DNA of 64,000 nucleotides from Rhizophagus irregularis (GCF_026210795.1 NC_089432.1:2294001-2358000); one strand, 5' to 3'. Shown: positions 1-14,943, counted from the first letter of the stretch. Notes: generated by a model not told the origin, from the letters alone. Program-made: numbers and translations.

Positions 1-699
1 TTTATCACAACAAAATGCCTTTAATTGTACTGATTCCTGATTTATTACTATATTTTTGTTGACATAAATTGCAAATATTAGATATCTACATTGCATGAAA
101 GATATTACCAAGTCAGATAACATACATAACTCTTTCACTCATTCATTAATAATTATGGAATTGGGCAAAAAACGTGATTTAGATTAATTTCAATCCCAAG
201 CTAATCATGATTGCAATTATATATGAATTTTCAATCTTACTCAATGAGTAAGATTGAGATTGAAATAGCTTGTCTGAGTAAAGCCTTTGCTTAGCTACTT
301 CAAATTTCAACTGAATACAAATTATCCTAAATGAAAATTATGCATAAACGTGCATAAACTTGCGTGAATTTACCATAACCCTGATCTGAATTTCATGTGA
401 ATTAAAGTTGAAATACTAATCCCAATCTCAAGCTGATCTCAATCTCAATCCCAATCCCAATCTCAATCATATTTTTATGAAGACACTCATTGTTTCATTT
501 ATATTTAAAAGCTATTTTGTGAATTATCATCAGTATTAGGAGAATAAAATAAGTGTAGATCTATAAAATATTACACGTGTGAAAAAACAATGAATCTACA
601 CCACTCATGAGTCGTGTCAATAAACAATATACGAGTGTGAAAAATTTAGAGGAATTTTCAATAGTATAAAATAATTGTATTTTAAAATGGCGTAATTTT

Positions 700-890
700 T
701 TAAAAATAAAAAAATCGTATAATTATTTCAATTGTAGTAAAAAATCATGTAATTTATTTTAATAGTATAAAATCGTGTAACTTCAACAATAAAAAATCAT
801 GTAATTTATTTTAATAGTATAAAATCGTGTAACTTCAACAATAAAAAATCGTGTAATTATTTCAATAGTATAAAATCGTGTAATAAATTT
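700..890. repeat. AT-rich tandem repeat, ~60-bp unit, ~3 copies
   Basis: Recurring aaaaaatc(a/g)tgtaatt..ttt(t/c)aatagtataaaatcgtgtaa. Confidence 0.7.
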
Positions 891-1809
891 AATAGTAAAA
901 TTATATTTATTTTTTAGCAATAGCATATTTTTTTAATTGTAAATAATAACGTTATTATCAATATATCAAATTTAATAAGAAAGTTCTTTTTTTTTTGTAT
1001 TGTGAAAATTCAATCTATATTATAAATACATAATTAATTACACGTTTAAAATAAAGCTAACATAAAATAAAGCTCACCATTTAATAATAACGCGTTAATT
1101 AATATAAGTGTTCTAATAAAATAAAAAATAAGATAATATGATAATAAGTGATAAGTAAAGCAGAAGTGAGCCAAAATATTTGAGCATACGAAGAAAAACG
1201 TTAATACGTTTCTCAAAATTAAGAAAAAGGTTAAGTTTTGCAAAGTTTACAAAATTTACCATTCTAAAGTCCCACGAAAAAAAGATATACACAGTGTAAT
1301 TCTATCCCAATAAAACTATCAGTAAAAAAGTTTTCAATTATCAGTTTTCTTCCCCTATGAAAAAAGTCTGTGTGATTTTTGTTGAAAAATCATTCAATTA
1401 AATTCACTACGATTTCTGTATATTTGACCATACAATAATTGTGCTAAAAATTGCAATAAATCACACAATTATTGCATGGCAATTCATTCAATAATTATCC
1501 TATTTTTGACCTGAATTTATACAATTATTGTGTGATTTTTGAGCCAAATTTTAGGCCATATTTTAGGAATTATAGGTTAAATTTTACAGTAATAACAGGC
1601 AATTTATAAAGTGAAATTATGAATTTTTATTGACTTAAAATATAAAAAATATACACAATATTTCATAAATAAAATACTAAATTTGATATAATCATAAATA
1701 TAAAAATTTGTAAGAAAATAAAATAAAATAAAGTATGTTAGTAACATGAAAGTAAATTAGTAATATCAAAGAAGAAAGTAAATTATTAGTGTGAGTAAAT
1801 TATTAGTAT

Positions 1810-1990
1810 TAAATAAAAAAGTATGAAGTTAGTGAAGAAAGCAAATTAGTAGTGTTAAAAAGTAAATTATTAGTGTTAGTAATAAAAAAGTATGAAGTTA
1901 GTGAAGAAAGCAAATTAGTAGTGTTAAAAAGTAAATTATTAGTGTTAGTAATAAAAAAAAAAGTATGAAGTTAGTGAAGAAAGCAAGTTA
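1810..1990. repeat. Tandem repeat, ~60-bp unit, 3 copies
   Basis: aaaaagtatgaagttagtgaagaaagcaa occurs three times. Confidence 0.8.
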
Positions 1991-4093
1991 GTAACATTAA
2001 AATGTAAAAAGTTAGGAAAATAAAAAGATAAAGAACACAAGTTTTTCTTACCTGATATTTTAAAAGAAAGTTGAAGAAAAGTTAAAGGTTAAAAAAACAT
2101 AAACAAAAACATTTCACATCGTCATATTTATTTTGACGATCAGATCACGTGATCAATATATATAATTTTAAGAGTTGATTTTTACCGCATAATTCTGGCC
2201 AAATTATAATTCCAGTCAGAACTAATCGTGTAACCTAATAAAAAGTTTTTTACTTTTTTTTAGTTACAAGATGATACAAAAATTTCACCAATGGGTGCGG
2301 AAGATGTCCGTTTATAAGCAAATATGCAGTTGAATTTTGTGTAACCTTACTGCATAAATCACTTTACTTAGGAAAATCTATTTGTAATGGTTAAAAGTGG
2401 TCTATTTGACCCTAAAAGTGGTCAAATGTAACCATACAGGTAAGATGGAAAGTAGTATAGTAGGATTACCCAAAAATTGCTTTCCGTATCCTAAATTTAA
2501 GTCTATTTTCAAGTTGTACAATAATCACAATTTTTATTGTACAAAAATTGAATGTTTTCTGTATCCTAAATTTAAGTTGTATAAAGATCACACAAAAATT
2601 GAACATTTTCTATATCCTAAATTTAAGTTGTACAAAAATTGCATACTTTTAATATGCTTTGAAAGACTTCATAGCTATTTTTATCCAAAAATCTGCAATA
2701 ATTGTACAATTTCCACACGGACTTGAACAAATATTAAAAATTGGATGATTTTTTTTCATAGGGTTCTTTGGAATCATTTTCAATGCTATCATCATCTTTC
2801 ACCTTCGATTCCTCCATAGTATTGCTTTCATTTCTTCTGGGATCTTGTTATCATTTAATAATGACTATTAAAAACCACAAGTTAGCACTTATCTCACCAT
2901 AAACGCAGTTACAAAATAATATTGATTGAAAGTAAAGAAAAAAAAATTATATAAATTTTATTAGACTATTTGTAAATACTTTTTTAAACTTTGTATTTAC
3001 ATCAATTTGGTCAATAAAATAAAATGAAAAAGGAAATTCAATATCGAGAACATCCTTGCTGACATATTGTATCCTTATATCCATCAGGTTTTGGAACTTG
3101 CATATCTTCAATTTGGATAATTCTTATCCATATGAAATTGTCCCAAAAATTTGAGTAATCTTTCATAATAACAATACCATTGCAAATGTTATTGTAATTA
3201 ACTAATAAAATATTACAAATATCGTATAGAAACTATAATTAAGCATAAAATTTATAAGATAATCAAATCAAATTATAAGTGAATGCAATAAAAATTATTC
3301 AAGTCATAAAACTTCGAAATTACTACCTATTTGTGTAGAATTTATGAATACAAAATCAATGAAATCATTTTATGCCAATCATATTTAAGAATCTCACAGA
3401 TGACGATAGAAGTTCTATATATATATAAATTAAATATAAATAAATAAATAAAATAAATAAAAACACGGTCAAATAAAATTTGCAATCGCAAATTTACCGA
3501 TTTTGCATAAATAGTTGATATGTAGATTACTTAAATCATATATTTAAGAAATTATTTCAAGATGTAAAATTTCGAAACTACCTATTTGTGTAGAATTTAT
3601 GAAACTTTCTATAATATAAAATCAATAAAGTATTTTTATATTTAAGGAATTATTTCAAGATGTAAAACTTTGAAACTACCTATCCGTGAAAAATTCATGT
3701 AAATTATGCAAAATTATAGATTTATACGGAGTGTAAATTTCCAGGTATTATAGACAGCTTTACGCAAATATTCACTTCATATAACTTCCTGATGTTATTA
3801 AAAAATGAAATTAAAGTAATTCTGGAAAATCAGATTAAAATACTAAGTAGGACTTTCTTCGTATTGTTAAACTTGAATATAAATTAAGAAAATTGTAGTT
3901 TTCATGGTGAAAATCAGTATAGAAATAAATATTCTGAAATTTATAAATTGAGATGTAAACAGAAAAAGTCAACATTTTATTTAAATATGACCAGTTTTAA
4001 AACTAATATAACGATTGAACAGACTAAACTAGTATATCAGTTAAGAATCCCTAATTAATTTTTGCTACCGTATAATATAGAATATTTCAGATT

Positions 4094-4865
4094 AGATGAA
4101 AAGAAGATTGGCGAAAAATAGAATCGCCAAGCAAATGGAGCGAGATAGAGGACGAAGAAGAGAGGACCAAAGCTTTCAAGGCACAATATTTGGAACGAAG
4201 GTAACGAGAACTACTCCTATCTTTTTCGCCAGAAATTAATGAAGACACAGAAGAAGACGAAGATGAAGAAGAACCCAAAGCATCACCATCACAGAAGAAA
4301 AAAGGAAAAAAGAAGAAGAAAAAGAGCAACAAGAAGAAACAGTAGAGAAGAAAGAAGAAACCACGAAGAGGAAACGAATTGCATTTTTAATCGAAGTCAC
4401 GTGATACACGTAAAAAATATTCCGATAACTGATAACAAAGATAACAAAAATGCAGCTCATTTCAGCGTTGTGGAATTTAGATTAGAATACTAACTTTTAT
4501 TTTTTGTAGGAATAAGGAGGATTTGGTGGAATAAATTGTTTGGGTGTGAGGCCGTTGGGACTCATCGTTTGAAACTGCTTTTAGCAGACCTAGAATTATT
4601 ACATATTTCACTCTTTTCTCCTACATTTATTAAAGTGAAATTTAATTAGTTAGGTTTCATAAATAGGTAGTTTGCTAGTTTTATTTTATTTTTTTTTTCA
4701 GGTATAGTATTTATTTATAATTTTGTTTTTGTAATGTGTCTTTAGATAGAATTACTCTGTTATAGGGTTGACACGTGTTTAGCACGGTTGGCTCTAAGTA
4801 TCTTGTATCTTAGGATAGTTCCTTTGATCATTAAATCCTAATAAAGATGCGTTACAGTTAAAAAA
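4094..4865 (+). mobile_element. 5'-truncated non-LTR retroposed insertion (LINE-mobilised) with acidic/Lys-rich ORF remnant
   Basis: Direct repeat GAATATTTCAGATT at 4080-4093 and 4866-4879; AATAAA and a short A-tail before the right copy; remnant frame ...EDTEEDEDEEEPKASPSQKKKGKKKKKKSNKKKQ*. Confidence 0.7.
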
Positions 4866-7800
4866 GAATATTTCAGATTGACTTGTATACTTTATATTAG
4901 TTTATATTTTGAATTTTTAATAATTTTCTTGTAGTTAAAAAGTATTTTTTTACTTTATTGGTTAAATATTCTTTCCAAATATTTACATGACCCTTCTTAA
5001 TACACTATAGTTTATAAAAACACTTTCTCTCTTTTTTATTATTCAAGTGATAAGTAAAAAAGAGTAACGAGTAGACCTTTTAATGATCTAACTATATTGA
5101 TAAATAAAATATGTCATTTTTTTAGGAATAATATTTGAAAGTCGATGAATATTTACACATTTATTATATATCTTGTTTATTTATTTTCTTTTAATTTAGG
5201 TTATTTCGAGACGAGATAGTAAACTTTGTAAAACCTTAAATAGTAAAATATAAATGTACTACATGCAAAATAATTCAAAAATCATATCGCGAAATTAGCA
5301 AATATTAAATTTTAAGTTCACATACAGATATTTTTATTTTATTTTATTTTTGGTTATTTAATTAACGTATAGAAACATTTTTGAAACACACATTAAAAGA
5401 TTGTCAAACACTTAGGAAACGGAAACTGTTATCAAGTTCGAAGCGCAGTTATCATTGTGCCGGACGGACAACAGGACATTTGTGAAACCTAGTCCTTCAT
5501 TACACCTCGGACTAAAAAGGCTAAATAAGTTTCACCATAAAAAAAATTGTTGATGTTGATCTAACTTGTATATTTATCTATGATTTAAATGATTTCTATA
5601 CTAGTATTTTGCGTTAAATTTATGATAAAAATTTGGTTCTTACAATATATTGTGTAACCTTATTTAGAGTGCATCTGTGTAATATGCTCATCTTTTAATC
5701 GAAATATATCATTTTATTGAAACTCAAAATTGAATGTAAATCTAAAGAAAAACCAATTGAAAAAAAAGTTAGAGGGAAAAATGAAAATGAAATATTTTTC
5801 AAAAAAAAAATCAGTAAATCTTAGAGATTACTGTTTCTAGAAAAGGGTTATTAAACTGCCTTTATATAGTGTTTCATGATCTGACCGTCAAGAAAAATCT
5901 GAATCCGAACGAATCGATTCATTCGTCAGATGGTCCATCTAACTACAATATATCTTTTCTTTTTATGCCGAAGCCATAATCTCTTTGCAAGAATGCTAAC
6001 AAAAAAAATAAATTTTTATTTTCACTATCATATGGGCCCAGATCTGCTGAGTTCGATTCCTCATCTGATCCATCAACGGATGACAGATATCCGAATTTTA
6101 AACGTTGATGAAATGGAACTCTACTTTCATAATGTTTGTCATATCTTAAACCGAAGTTATTTAATGTCACTTTATTATTATAAATAATTAATTTTGTAAT
6201 CTAGTGAGCTATAATTATTGTACTATTATATTACAGAGAGCTATGAGAGCCACTAATCTACATTCTATGTTGTGATAGCTTTATTAATACAATCATAATA
6301 TTATTCAAGAATTGACTAATCAGTTGTGATTCAATTACAAAAAATTTTTTAAACAGTTAATCAGTCAATCAGATCTTCTCAAGTGGATGTATTATAAAAT
6401 TATTTATCTTATCCTATAAAACAATTGTTAATTTGATACATTGCTCTGAAATAATCTAGTCCATTGGCAACCTTGACCAGCCAATAAATTTGCTCGATCA
6501 TTTTGCAGATCTATATATACTATTAAATACCGTTGAACGTTACTAATTAACGTGCAATAACTATGTTTTTCTTAATCTTTAGCTACTTGTGCGTCGATTT
6601 CAAGTGTCTTATAACAAGAAGCTAAGACACTGTATGAAGTCTTTTACTAGCAAAACAGTAGATATATTTTTATGTTAAGTTTACTGTCTTAATTTAAAAA
6701 GTAACACTTAAAAGCATGAGTTTTCATTAATTAATTAATTGCATGAAAATTAAAAATTGGTAATAATTAATTTATTTATTTTATTATAGCTGAACTGTAT
6801 GTTTTATATCACTTATATAATACTTATATAATAATAAGGTCGTGTATCTTTAAATAATTATAGATATAGATAGACATATTAGATCATAATGATTTTATAG
6901 TTTTTAGAGTAAGACTCATTTACTCTTTCAAAAAAATCAAAATTTATTTAAATTGAATAACAGGAAACTTAGATATTAACTTTGAATTGAGTAATTTATT
7001 AATTAGCTATAATATTTATAATTTAATTATTTTATAACTTAATTTGGGTTGCTTTTATGTTATACGTAGGAATAGTTTATAGTTTTAATGATACAATTGG
7101 TTTGTGAAAATTTTTATCGTTGCAAGTGCTGTAAATTTTTTTTTTTAAGAAAAACTTTTTTTTCTTCGTTTCGCGTAGTCACGTGATCGGACTTTTATCG
7201 GATGATCAAACCACGTGGAATTTAACTAATGAACAGAATTTTTATCCTATTATTAGTAAGAACTTTTATAAATAGGAATGTGGATAAGTTAAATTAGATG
7301 GCCTAACTTACGATATATGAATAAAATTTCCTACATACAGTATTTGAGGATTGAATGTGTGTAATGTCACGTTTACAGACACTAGAGAATTAGTCAAGTA
7401 ATTAATTATTTGATGACTAAATTTTTACAAGTAATCTCTTTTTTATCAAGCAAAATAAGTTTATTTATTTATCTTACAATAAGCTGAACTTATTTATCAA
7501 TTACCAAAATATTTGAAAATTTAATCTTGCCTGGTTTTTAGAAACATCCTGCAATTATAAATGATTGACACTGCGGAGTAATGCTGCCCTAATTCCGAAA
7601 TTTTTCGGATGCTCTGATTTTAGAGAAATGTAGTCATTATTCGTAATATTAATTTTAAATTATTATAAAATTAAACAAAAAAAAATATACGATTTACCAA
7701 GTCAGTTATTTCCATTATTAAACCTGTACGAAGTTTTATCATCACGGTGATCGCCGAGAAATGATCGACGAATTACATTCATGCATAATTACGGCCTAGT

Positions 7801-7930
7801 AATACCAGCTGTAACACGATTGACACTTTAATGCGTATGCGTAATCACGACGTTTAATAGAACCAGCCGTCAGCCGTCAGCCGACCAGCCGTCCATTCAA
7901 CTTTCAAAAAAAAAAAATTCAAATTTAACA

Positions 7931-9859
7931 ATGTCTGAATCTACCGCAGTTACTGGAGTTTCATATGATGAGGATATTAATTGGATTGAAGAAGCTATCG
8001 GTAAAAGACATATTAAATATTACGAATTTGAAAATTTTAACAATATTAAAGAAATTGGTTCGGGAAGCTTCGGAAAAGTTTATCGTGCGAACTGGAAAAA
8101 TTATCATAATTTTTTAGCTTTGAAATCCTTTTTTAATTTAAACGATGTAACAATTAAAGAAATTGTTAATGAGGTAATAACAAACATAAAAAAGTGCATA
8201 TCTTTATTATTATAATTCTAAAATTTTAATATTATATTCATGATTTAGCTTAAACTTCAGCGTGAAGTAGATTTCCATGAGAATATTATTCGTTTTTTTG
8301 GTGTTACGACAGGTATGATCATCATTTTATTTGTGTAACGTCACTTTGTAAAAATTTATGTTAACGTTAAATGATTTTTTTTACAGAATATCAAAACGGT
8401 AATAATGATAATTCAAAAAATTATTGGTTAGTAATGGAATATGCTAATAATGGTACTCTTAAAGAGTTTTTGAGGAAACATTTTAATAATCTTACTTGGG
8501 GTGATAAATTTAATATGGCACTTCAGCTGGCTCATGCTGTATTATGCCTCCATGATGAAGGAATCGTTCATCGTGATCTGGTAATTCATTTACATTTTAT
8601 TATTTTATTTTGTATCATATATATTAATTTAATTGATTTATTTAATGTATATTTAGCACTCTAAAAACGTATTAGTCCATCATCGAAATAATCGAAATAC
8701 CATAAAGTTGGCTGATTTTGGGCTATCAAAAAGAATTGATGAAGCATATGAAGAATATAGGACGCGATCAAATTTACTTGGTGTAGTTCCATATATTGAT
8801 CCAAAGAAATTTAATACACAACCATATTCTTTAAATAAAAAAAGTGATGTTTATAGTATTGGTGTACTTCTGTGGGAGATATCAAGTGGTCAGCCGCCTT
8901 TTGAAGGAATGACACGTTATGGTTTAATTGTACAAATTCCACAAGGTCTTAGAGAAACACCTGTTTCTGACACACCTACTGCTTATGTTAATCTTTATAC
9001 TGGTATGTATTATTATCAAATGCTACTAAATTTATCATTATTTTAATCAGATAAAAATCAATTTTTTTTAGAATGTTGGAATGGAGAGCCAGATAATCGT
9101 CCAACCATCAAACTGATAGTTGATGGGTTAAAGGCATTAAATAATAATCATAATAATTTCAGCATAATGGTCGATGAAATACTTAATCTCCCTAATAATA
9201 CAAGGGATGACGCAGAAAAACAGGAAATTCTTAATTATCTTGATAATCATAATGTGACTTTAATAGAAATTTATAATTGGTTAGTGGATGATCAGAATAA
9301 TCCAAATTCTATTATTCTGTTTGGAGATTTTAATTACTTTGGAATTGGAACCGATATTTATAAAATAAAAGCATTTAAATTATATAAAAGAGCAGCAGAT
9401 TTAGGAAATGCTAATGGAATGTATAATTTGGGACGTTTTTATGAAAATGGAATTAGAACTAATATTGATAAGAGAAGAGCATTTGAATTATATCAAAAGG
9501 CTGCAGATTTAGGAAATGCTAATGGAATGTATAATTTAGGACGTTTTTATGAAAATGGAATTGGAACTGATGTTGATGAAAAAAAAGCATTTGAATTATA
9601 TCAAGAGGCAGCAGATTTAGGAAATGCATCTGGAATAAATCATTTAGGATTTTGTTATCAACATGGAATTGGTACTGAAATTGATAGAAAAAAGGCATTT
9701 GAATTATATCAAAAGGCAGCAGAATTAGGGAATATATCTGGTATAGTTTATTTAGGAAATTGTTATCGATGTGGAATTGGAACTAATATTGATGAAAAAA
9801 AGGCAGTTGAATTACATCAAAAGGCTGCAGATTTAAGAAATGAATCTGGGAATAAATAG
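7931..9859 (+). CDS. TKL-like protein kinase + 5 Sel1-like repeats, C-terminally truncated; exons ~7931-8173, 8249-8312, 8387-8580, 8657-9002, 9072-9859
   Basis: GSGSFG, ALK, HRDL|HSKN, ADFG, KSDVYSIG, ECW motifs joined in frame by GT-AG introns; 36-aa Sel1 repeats; decayed repeats follow the stop. Confidence 0.85.
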
Positions 9860-10713
9860 GTTTGAATATTGCTGTGATTATGGAATGAATTTGAACTGAC
9901 ATTAATAAGAGAAAAGCATTCATTCGGAATATGTAGGTTAGATAAGGTATTGTTATAAAAATGGAATTAGAATTAAATTGATGAAAAAGCATTTGAATTA
10001 TATCAAAAGGCGGCAGATTTATGAAATACATTTGGAATAAATAAGTTAGAATATTGTTATCAAAATGGAATTGGTAGAAGAGGAATTTAAATTATAAAAA
10101 AACTTGTAGATTTGGAAATACAGATAGAATATACAACTTAGTATATTTGTTATGGAAATGAAATCAAAACTGATACTATTAGTAAAGAAAGACATTTGAA
10201 TTATTTTAAGGTAGTAAATTTAGAAATAGAGTAGCTTGATAAATTTATAATATAGAGTAAAACAGAAAAAATATATACTGTAGATCAAGCAATTTATTCA
10301 TTTTAAAATCTTACAGAACAAGGAGATTATTAACCTCGAAATGAATTAGAAACATTTAAAAAGACTTTGTAATATATTATTAGTTTTACCTATTAATTAA
10401 ATTGATGATTAAAGCGCCATGTAAAAATTTTGTTTATAGAAATCAAATAAATTTTGACATTAAATTAAACCATTTTTATAAATATAATTATATAAAGTAA
10501 AAAAGCCAACAAGATTCAGCTACCAAATTAAAAATTTATGGATTGATAACTTATTTTTATAATCGAATCAGGTTGGTAGAAGAGATTTTTTATGAAATAT
10601 GATTGCGAATGAGATTATTATAAAAGACCAATGATCATCGGAACTCAGTTTATATATGATAGAATAATACAAAGTAAATTATGTCTCTTGGTTGTAATCA
10701 TCTTTGCATATCT

Positions 10714-11839
10714 ATCACTTTCTAGTGCGTTCTATGGATCAGCTGCCTTACCTGATTGGACCCACATCATCATGTCCAATAACGTCATTACATGATCACC
10801 CATGAAAAAATCATAACTGAATTATCAACTTGGGGACGCTTATTGGAAATTTCGTTCAACCCGCAGTATAAGTATCGATTGGTGTACCTAATACCGTACA
10901 GGACACAGATTATATTATGAGAACCTGGGTCCAAAAATTAGGGGACGCCTACATGCACTGGTTTTCTGGTAATTGGATGCTCCAAGACTGTAAGGACAGA
11001 GAGCATCACCAAACAACGCTTTCGCTACCGAAGGGCGCTTCAGAAAAGGATTTACTGGAACACGAGTTTGATAGGACCGGCTACTTTCCTTCCATTGTGT
11101 CAAGACTTGGAATCGTACAAGGAGTTCATAAAGTGATTTTATTTTTTGACTAACATAAAGTACTTGATAATTCTGTTTGGTTAAGTCATTCATCAGTCTC
11201 TCTAATTAGAGAAATCACAATCTCCTAGGCAGTTATGCCACAAATAAGAGACCAAATCCAAGGATAAAAGCCTTAAGAAATCTAAAGACAATACGACACA
11301 ACAGTCAAGCACTAGTTCCTTGAGTGGGACACGGAAGTCTACACAGTCAATGAAATCTTCTTCGCGCTTAGAACAAATGGCACAAACAAACTGAAACTTG
11401 GATATAACGTGATCTTTAGTCAAGATTTTAATGAAGTTACTTAGTAAACTATAGAAATAGCTTGGAACTCTAAACAAAGTTTTATATTTATTTCTAATTT
11501 TCTTTTTTTAGATTATTTTTTATTTTTTGTAGGACAATTATTTTTTTTTCTTTCCGTAGTTGTTTTAATTAAGGTGTAATTTTTAGGAATAGATAGTTTC
11601 AGTTTTCCTTATTTACATTTATTTTTTTTTCCCTTGTGTTCCACTGCTGTTAGGTCTAGCAACAGGTCTCTTTCTTTTTTTATGTTTTTTTTTCCTTATG
11701 GACACAGTAAAGTATGACTGCTCTGTTGGGTTTGTTTATCTTTTTAATTAGTACTTTGTTTTGGCTTTTTATTGTACTTTGTACTTAAATTGCTATTCTA
11801 TGTACTGGGTATCGATACTTTATTTGAATAAAAAAAAAT
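10714..11839 (+). mobile_element. Truncated, rearranged non-LTR retroelement copy
   Basis: 14-bp TSD ATCTTTGCATATCT at 10700-10713 and 11840-11853; AATAAA/A-tail at ~11827-11838; Cys-motif ORF remnant (CAICSKREEDFIDC) on the minus strand. Confidence 0.7.
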
Positions 11840-13688
11840 ATCTTTGCATATCTTTATAGAATTAACTCAAACTGCACCATTGAATAATAAACTTAGCGTA
11901 AATACAGTTGTTATACCGTAAATACCTGCAAGTTCTTAATACATCACAATTTTATGAAAAGTAACAAGTAAACTGTTTAATATTTCACGTGATACCGTAA
12001 TTATACCCGTTAAATAAAATGAGTCATCTTTTAGGAATAATATTGTTGAAGGTTTAATGCATGATATAATATCTTATTTATTTATAACTGTACTTTAAAA
12101 TATGCACATATAAATTATTACTTAACAAATACTAAAATTAAGTTCATATAATTTCATATAATACAAAAGTTTTGATTAGAAACACTTTTACCGAACAAGG
12201 AAAAATAATTTATTATATTTAAATCTTATTAAACTATTTTTGGGTAAAAATACTAAATTCAATTTTATTTATAGTTTTTTTAGGTCTGGAATGTAACTAA
12301 TGAAATTTGAAGGATACAAAATAAATTAAAAGATGAACCACGTAAGTTAATAGAAAGTTGACAGTTACATTAAATAATTTCTGAATGATTTACTTGTTAA
12401 TTATTCTGTTATATCTGATATAACATCATATCGTGATATTTTGATGTAAAAAGTGGGCATATTCAATTATTAAATTTTCAAAGAATTTTTTATTTCGTCA
12501 AAAGTTTGATAGAGAAAATCTAAATAAATTTTACCAAGTGTTTTATTTAGTAAATTTTAACTACGTATTTATAAAATAAATTATAATGTTTTATTAACTG
12601 GTTGCGTTTAACTTGTATATTTATTATGATTTAGATAATTTAATAATTAAACTAAATGATTCTTACTAATAATTTATATTAGTATACTAGATAACTTGAT
12701 TGAATTTATTATTTTAATTATGACAAAATTTGTGTTCTTGCAATTTATATTGTGTAACCTTTATTTTCGAGTAATATGCTTGTCTTATAATACCGAAATA
12801 AAAAAAAATCAGTGGAAAAAGAACTTAAGGGATTATTATTTTTTTTTTAAAAAAAAGAAACAGTAATCTTAGAGATTAATCCTAAAAGAAAGGCTACTAA
12901 ACTACCTTCATAAATAATGTTATCGTAGGAAAAGTTCGCAGAATAGAGGAAAATTTTTAATTCCGTCCGGCACGTGACGTCTGACGATATACTGATATAC
13001 ATTATACAGCCATAATACATTGTAGATCTAGTGCCCGTGATAATCACGTTTGCACAAAAATAATCCTTTATTAAATGCAATAAAATATTAATATATCCGA
13101 GTCATATGATAAAATGACATTAATAAATTCTAATTTAATTATTTCTAATTTATTTTCTTATAAGTCAATTCTTTAAATCAAACTGACGATAATTTCCCCT
13201 TATTAATATTTCTAATAAACTATCAATTAAAATAATTGACGTGGCACTTTTTCATCATAAGAAAAAGCAAAAAGAATCGATTAATTAAAAATAAAAACTT
13301 GGTAAATTTGATAATAAAAGTGGTCTTCTGGTAATCGTATGGATCCCCTATTTATACCTTTTTTACCTTACACTGAATTCTAATTATGTCCTCCCACTAA
13401 ATCACTAATCAAAATAAAATTTCAAAATTCGTGTCCCTTATAAATAAATTATTAATGAAATCAAAGTAATTTCTAGAATAGTTTTACGTCATTACAGACG
13501 CAGTACATTTAAAACAATTCAAATTTTTATACACTTAAACTACATATAATACTGCGTCCCACAATTAATAAATTCACTAGCCTTTACAATACTTCGGACT
13601 TAACTGTGCATATCTGCCGATCTGCTGAATGTCGTAACGCCACTTTATTATAAATAGCTAAAATTATTTTTTAAAAATAGCCATTAAC

Positions 13689-14943
13689 ATGCAAACCACC
13701 TACAATTCAAATGTATGGGCCGAAGAAGCCATTTCGGAAAGGCATATTAGACATTACGAATACAAAGATTTTCGTAATATAGAAAAGGTAATTTTGGAAA
13801 AGTTTATCGTGCAAATTGGAAAAATTCCGAACAATATTTTGCATTAAAATCTTTATCTAACCTTGATAATAATACTATAAAAGATGTCGTTAAAGAGGTA
13901 ATTACAAAAAAATATGATATTTATATTTACCTCAATCTGAATTAATTTACATACCAATACGTCTATAATTAGAAATTCATCGTTAAGTTCAATTTGATAA
14001 CAATATTATTAGTTTTTTTTGGAATTACATATAAAGGTAATAGAAATACTGTATTAATTATTACTTGAATTTGTAAAAATGCATTAGTAAAATTAACTAT
14101 AAATTTTTATTACAGAAAATCAAAAGGGACAATTAAGAAATATTTATTAGTAATGGAGTATGCGTACTCTTCGTACATACTTGAAGAAAACAAAATATTA
14201 CTTGGGAAAATAAATATAAATTTGCATATCAATTAGCTTGCGCCATATTATTCTTACATGATGAAGAAATAATACATTGCGATTTGGTAAGTTATTTAAT
14301 AAGTTACTATATTAATTTATTTTAATAAATTATATTAATTTAAAATTTCTTTATTTCATAATAGCCATTCTGCCAACATATTAATTCATCAAAATAACAT
14401 TAAATTATTTGATTTTGGATTATCAAAGAAAATAGAAGCAATATCTAAAATATACTCAACACAACAAACTTTGTTTGGCGTGACTCCTTATTAATCCAAA
14501 AAAGTTGAGTAATCCGAAATATTCTTTAAATAAAAAGTGTTAGCGTTAGAGTTCTTTTGTGGAAATATCAAACGGTCATTTGCCATTTGAGGATGAATCA
14601 TATGATACTAGTTTGGTTTTGCAAATTTTGCGGGGATATAAGAAAACAATTGTTCCGGATACCCCCCTTGATTATTCTAAGGTAAATATAATAGTATTTA
14701 TTATATTATTATAATTTCAAGTCTTATTTTAATGCATAACATTTTTTTAGAATGTTGGAAATGGTGAGACCAGATATGAACCAAGTAATTACTAAATTAA
14801 AAGCAATGATCACAAATTCAAGTATAACAACAGAAAATCTAGTTTTATCAAATGAACAACAATTTAATAGTGGTATATCAGAGAATTGTCCGATATTATT
14901 AATAATTTTGATAAAATTAATTTTAAGAATATTATCATACTAA
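13689..14943 (+). pseudogene. Degenerate TKL-like kinase pseudogene of the same 5-exon family; no Sel1 array seen
   Basis: WAEEAISERHIRHYEY, FGKVYRANWKN, LLVMEYA, IIHCDL, FDFGLSK and CW remnants with several frameshifts. Confidence 0.85.

Noticed and set aside
2397..2726. 109-aa ORF with repeated FLYPKFKLY
   Set aside because: Arises from a short DNA tandem repeat; GTG start, no domain
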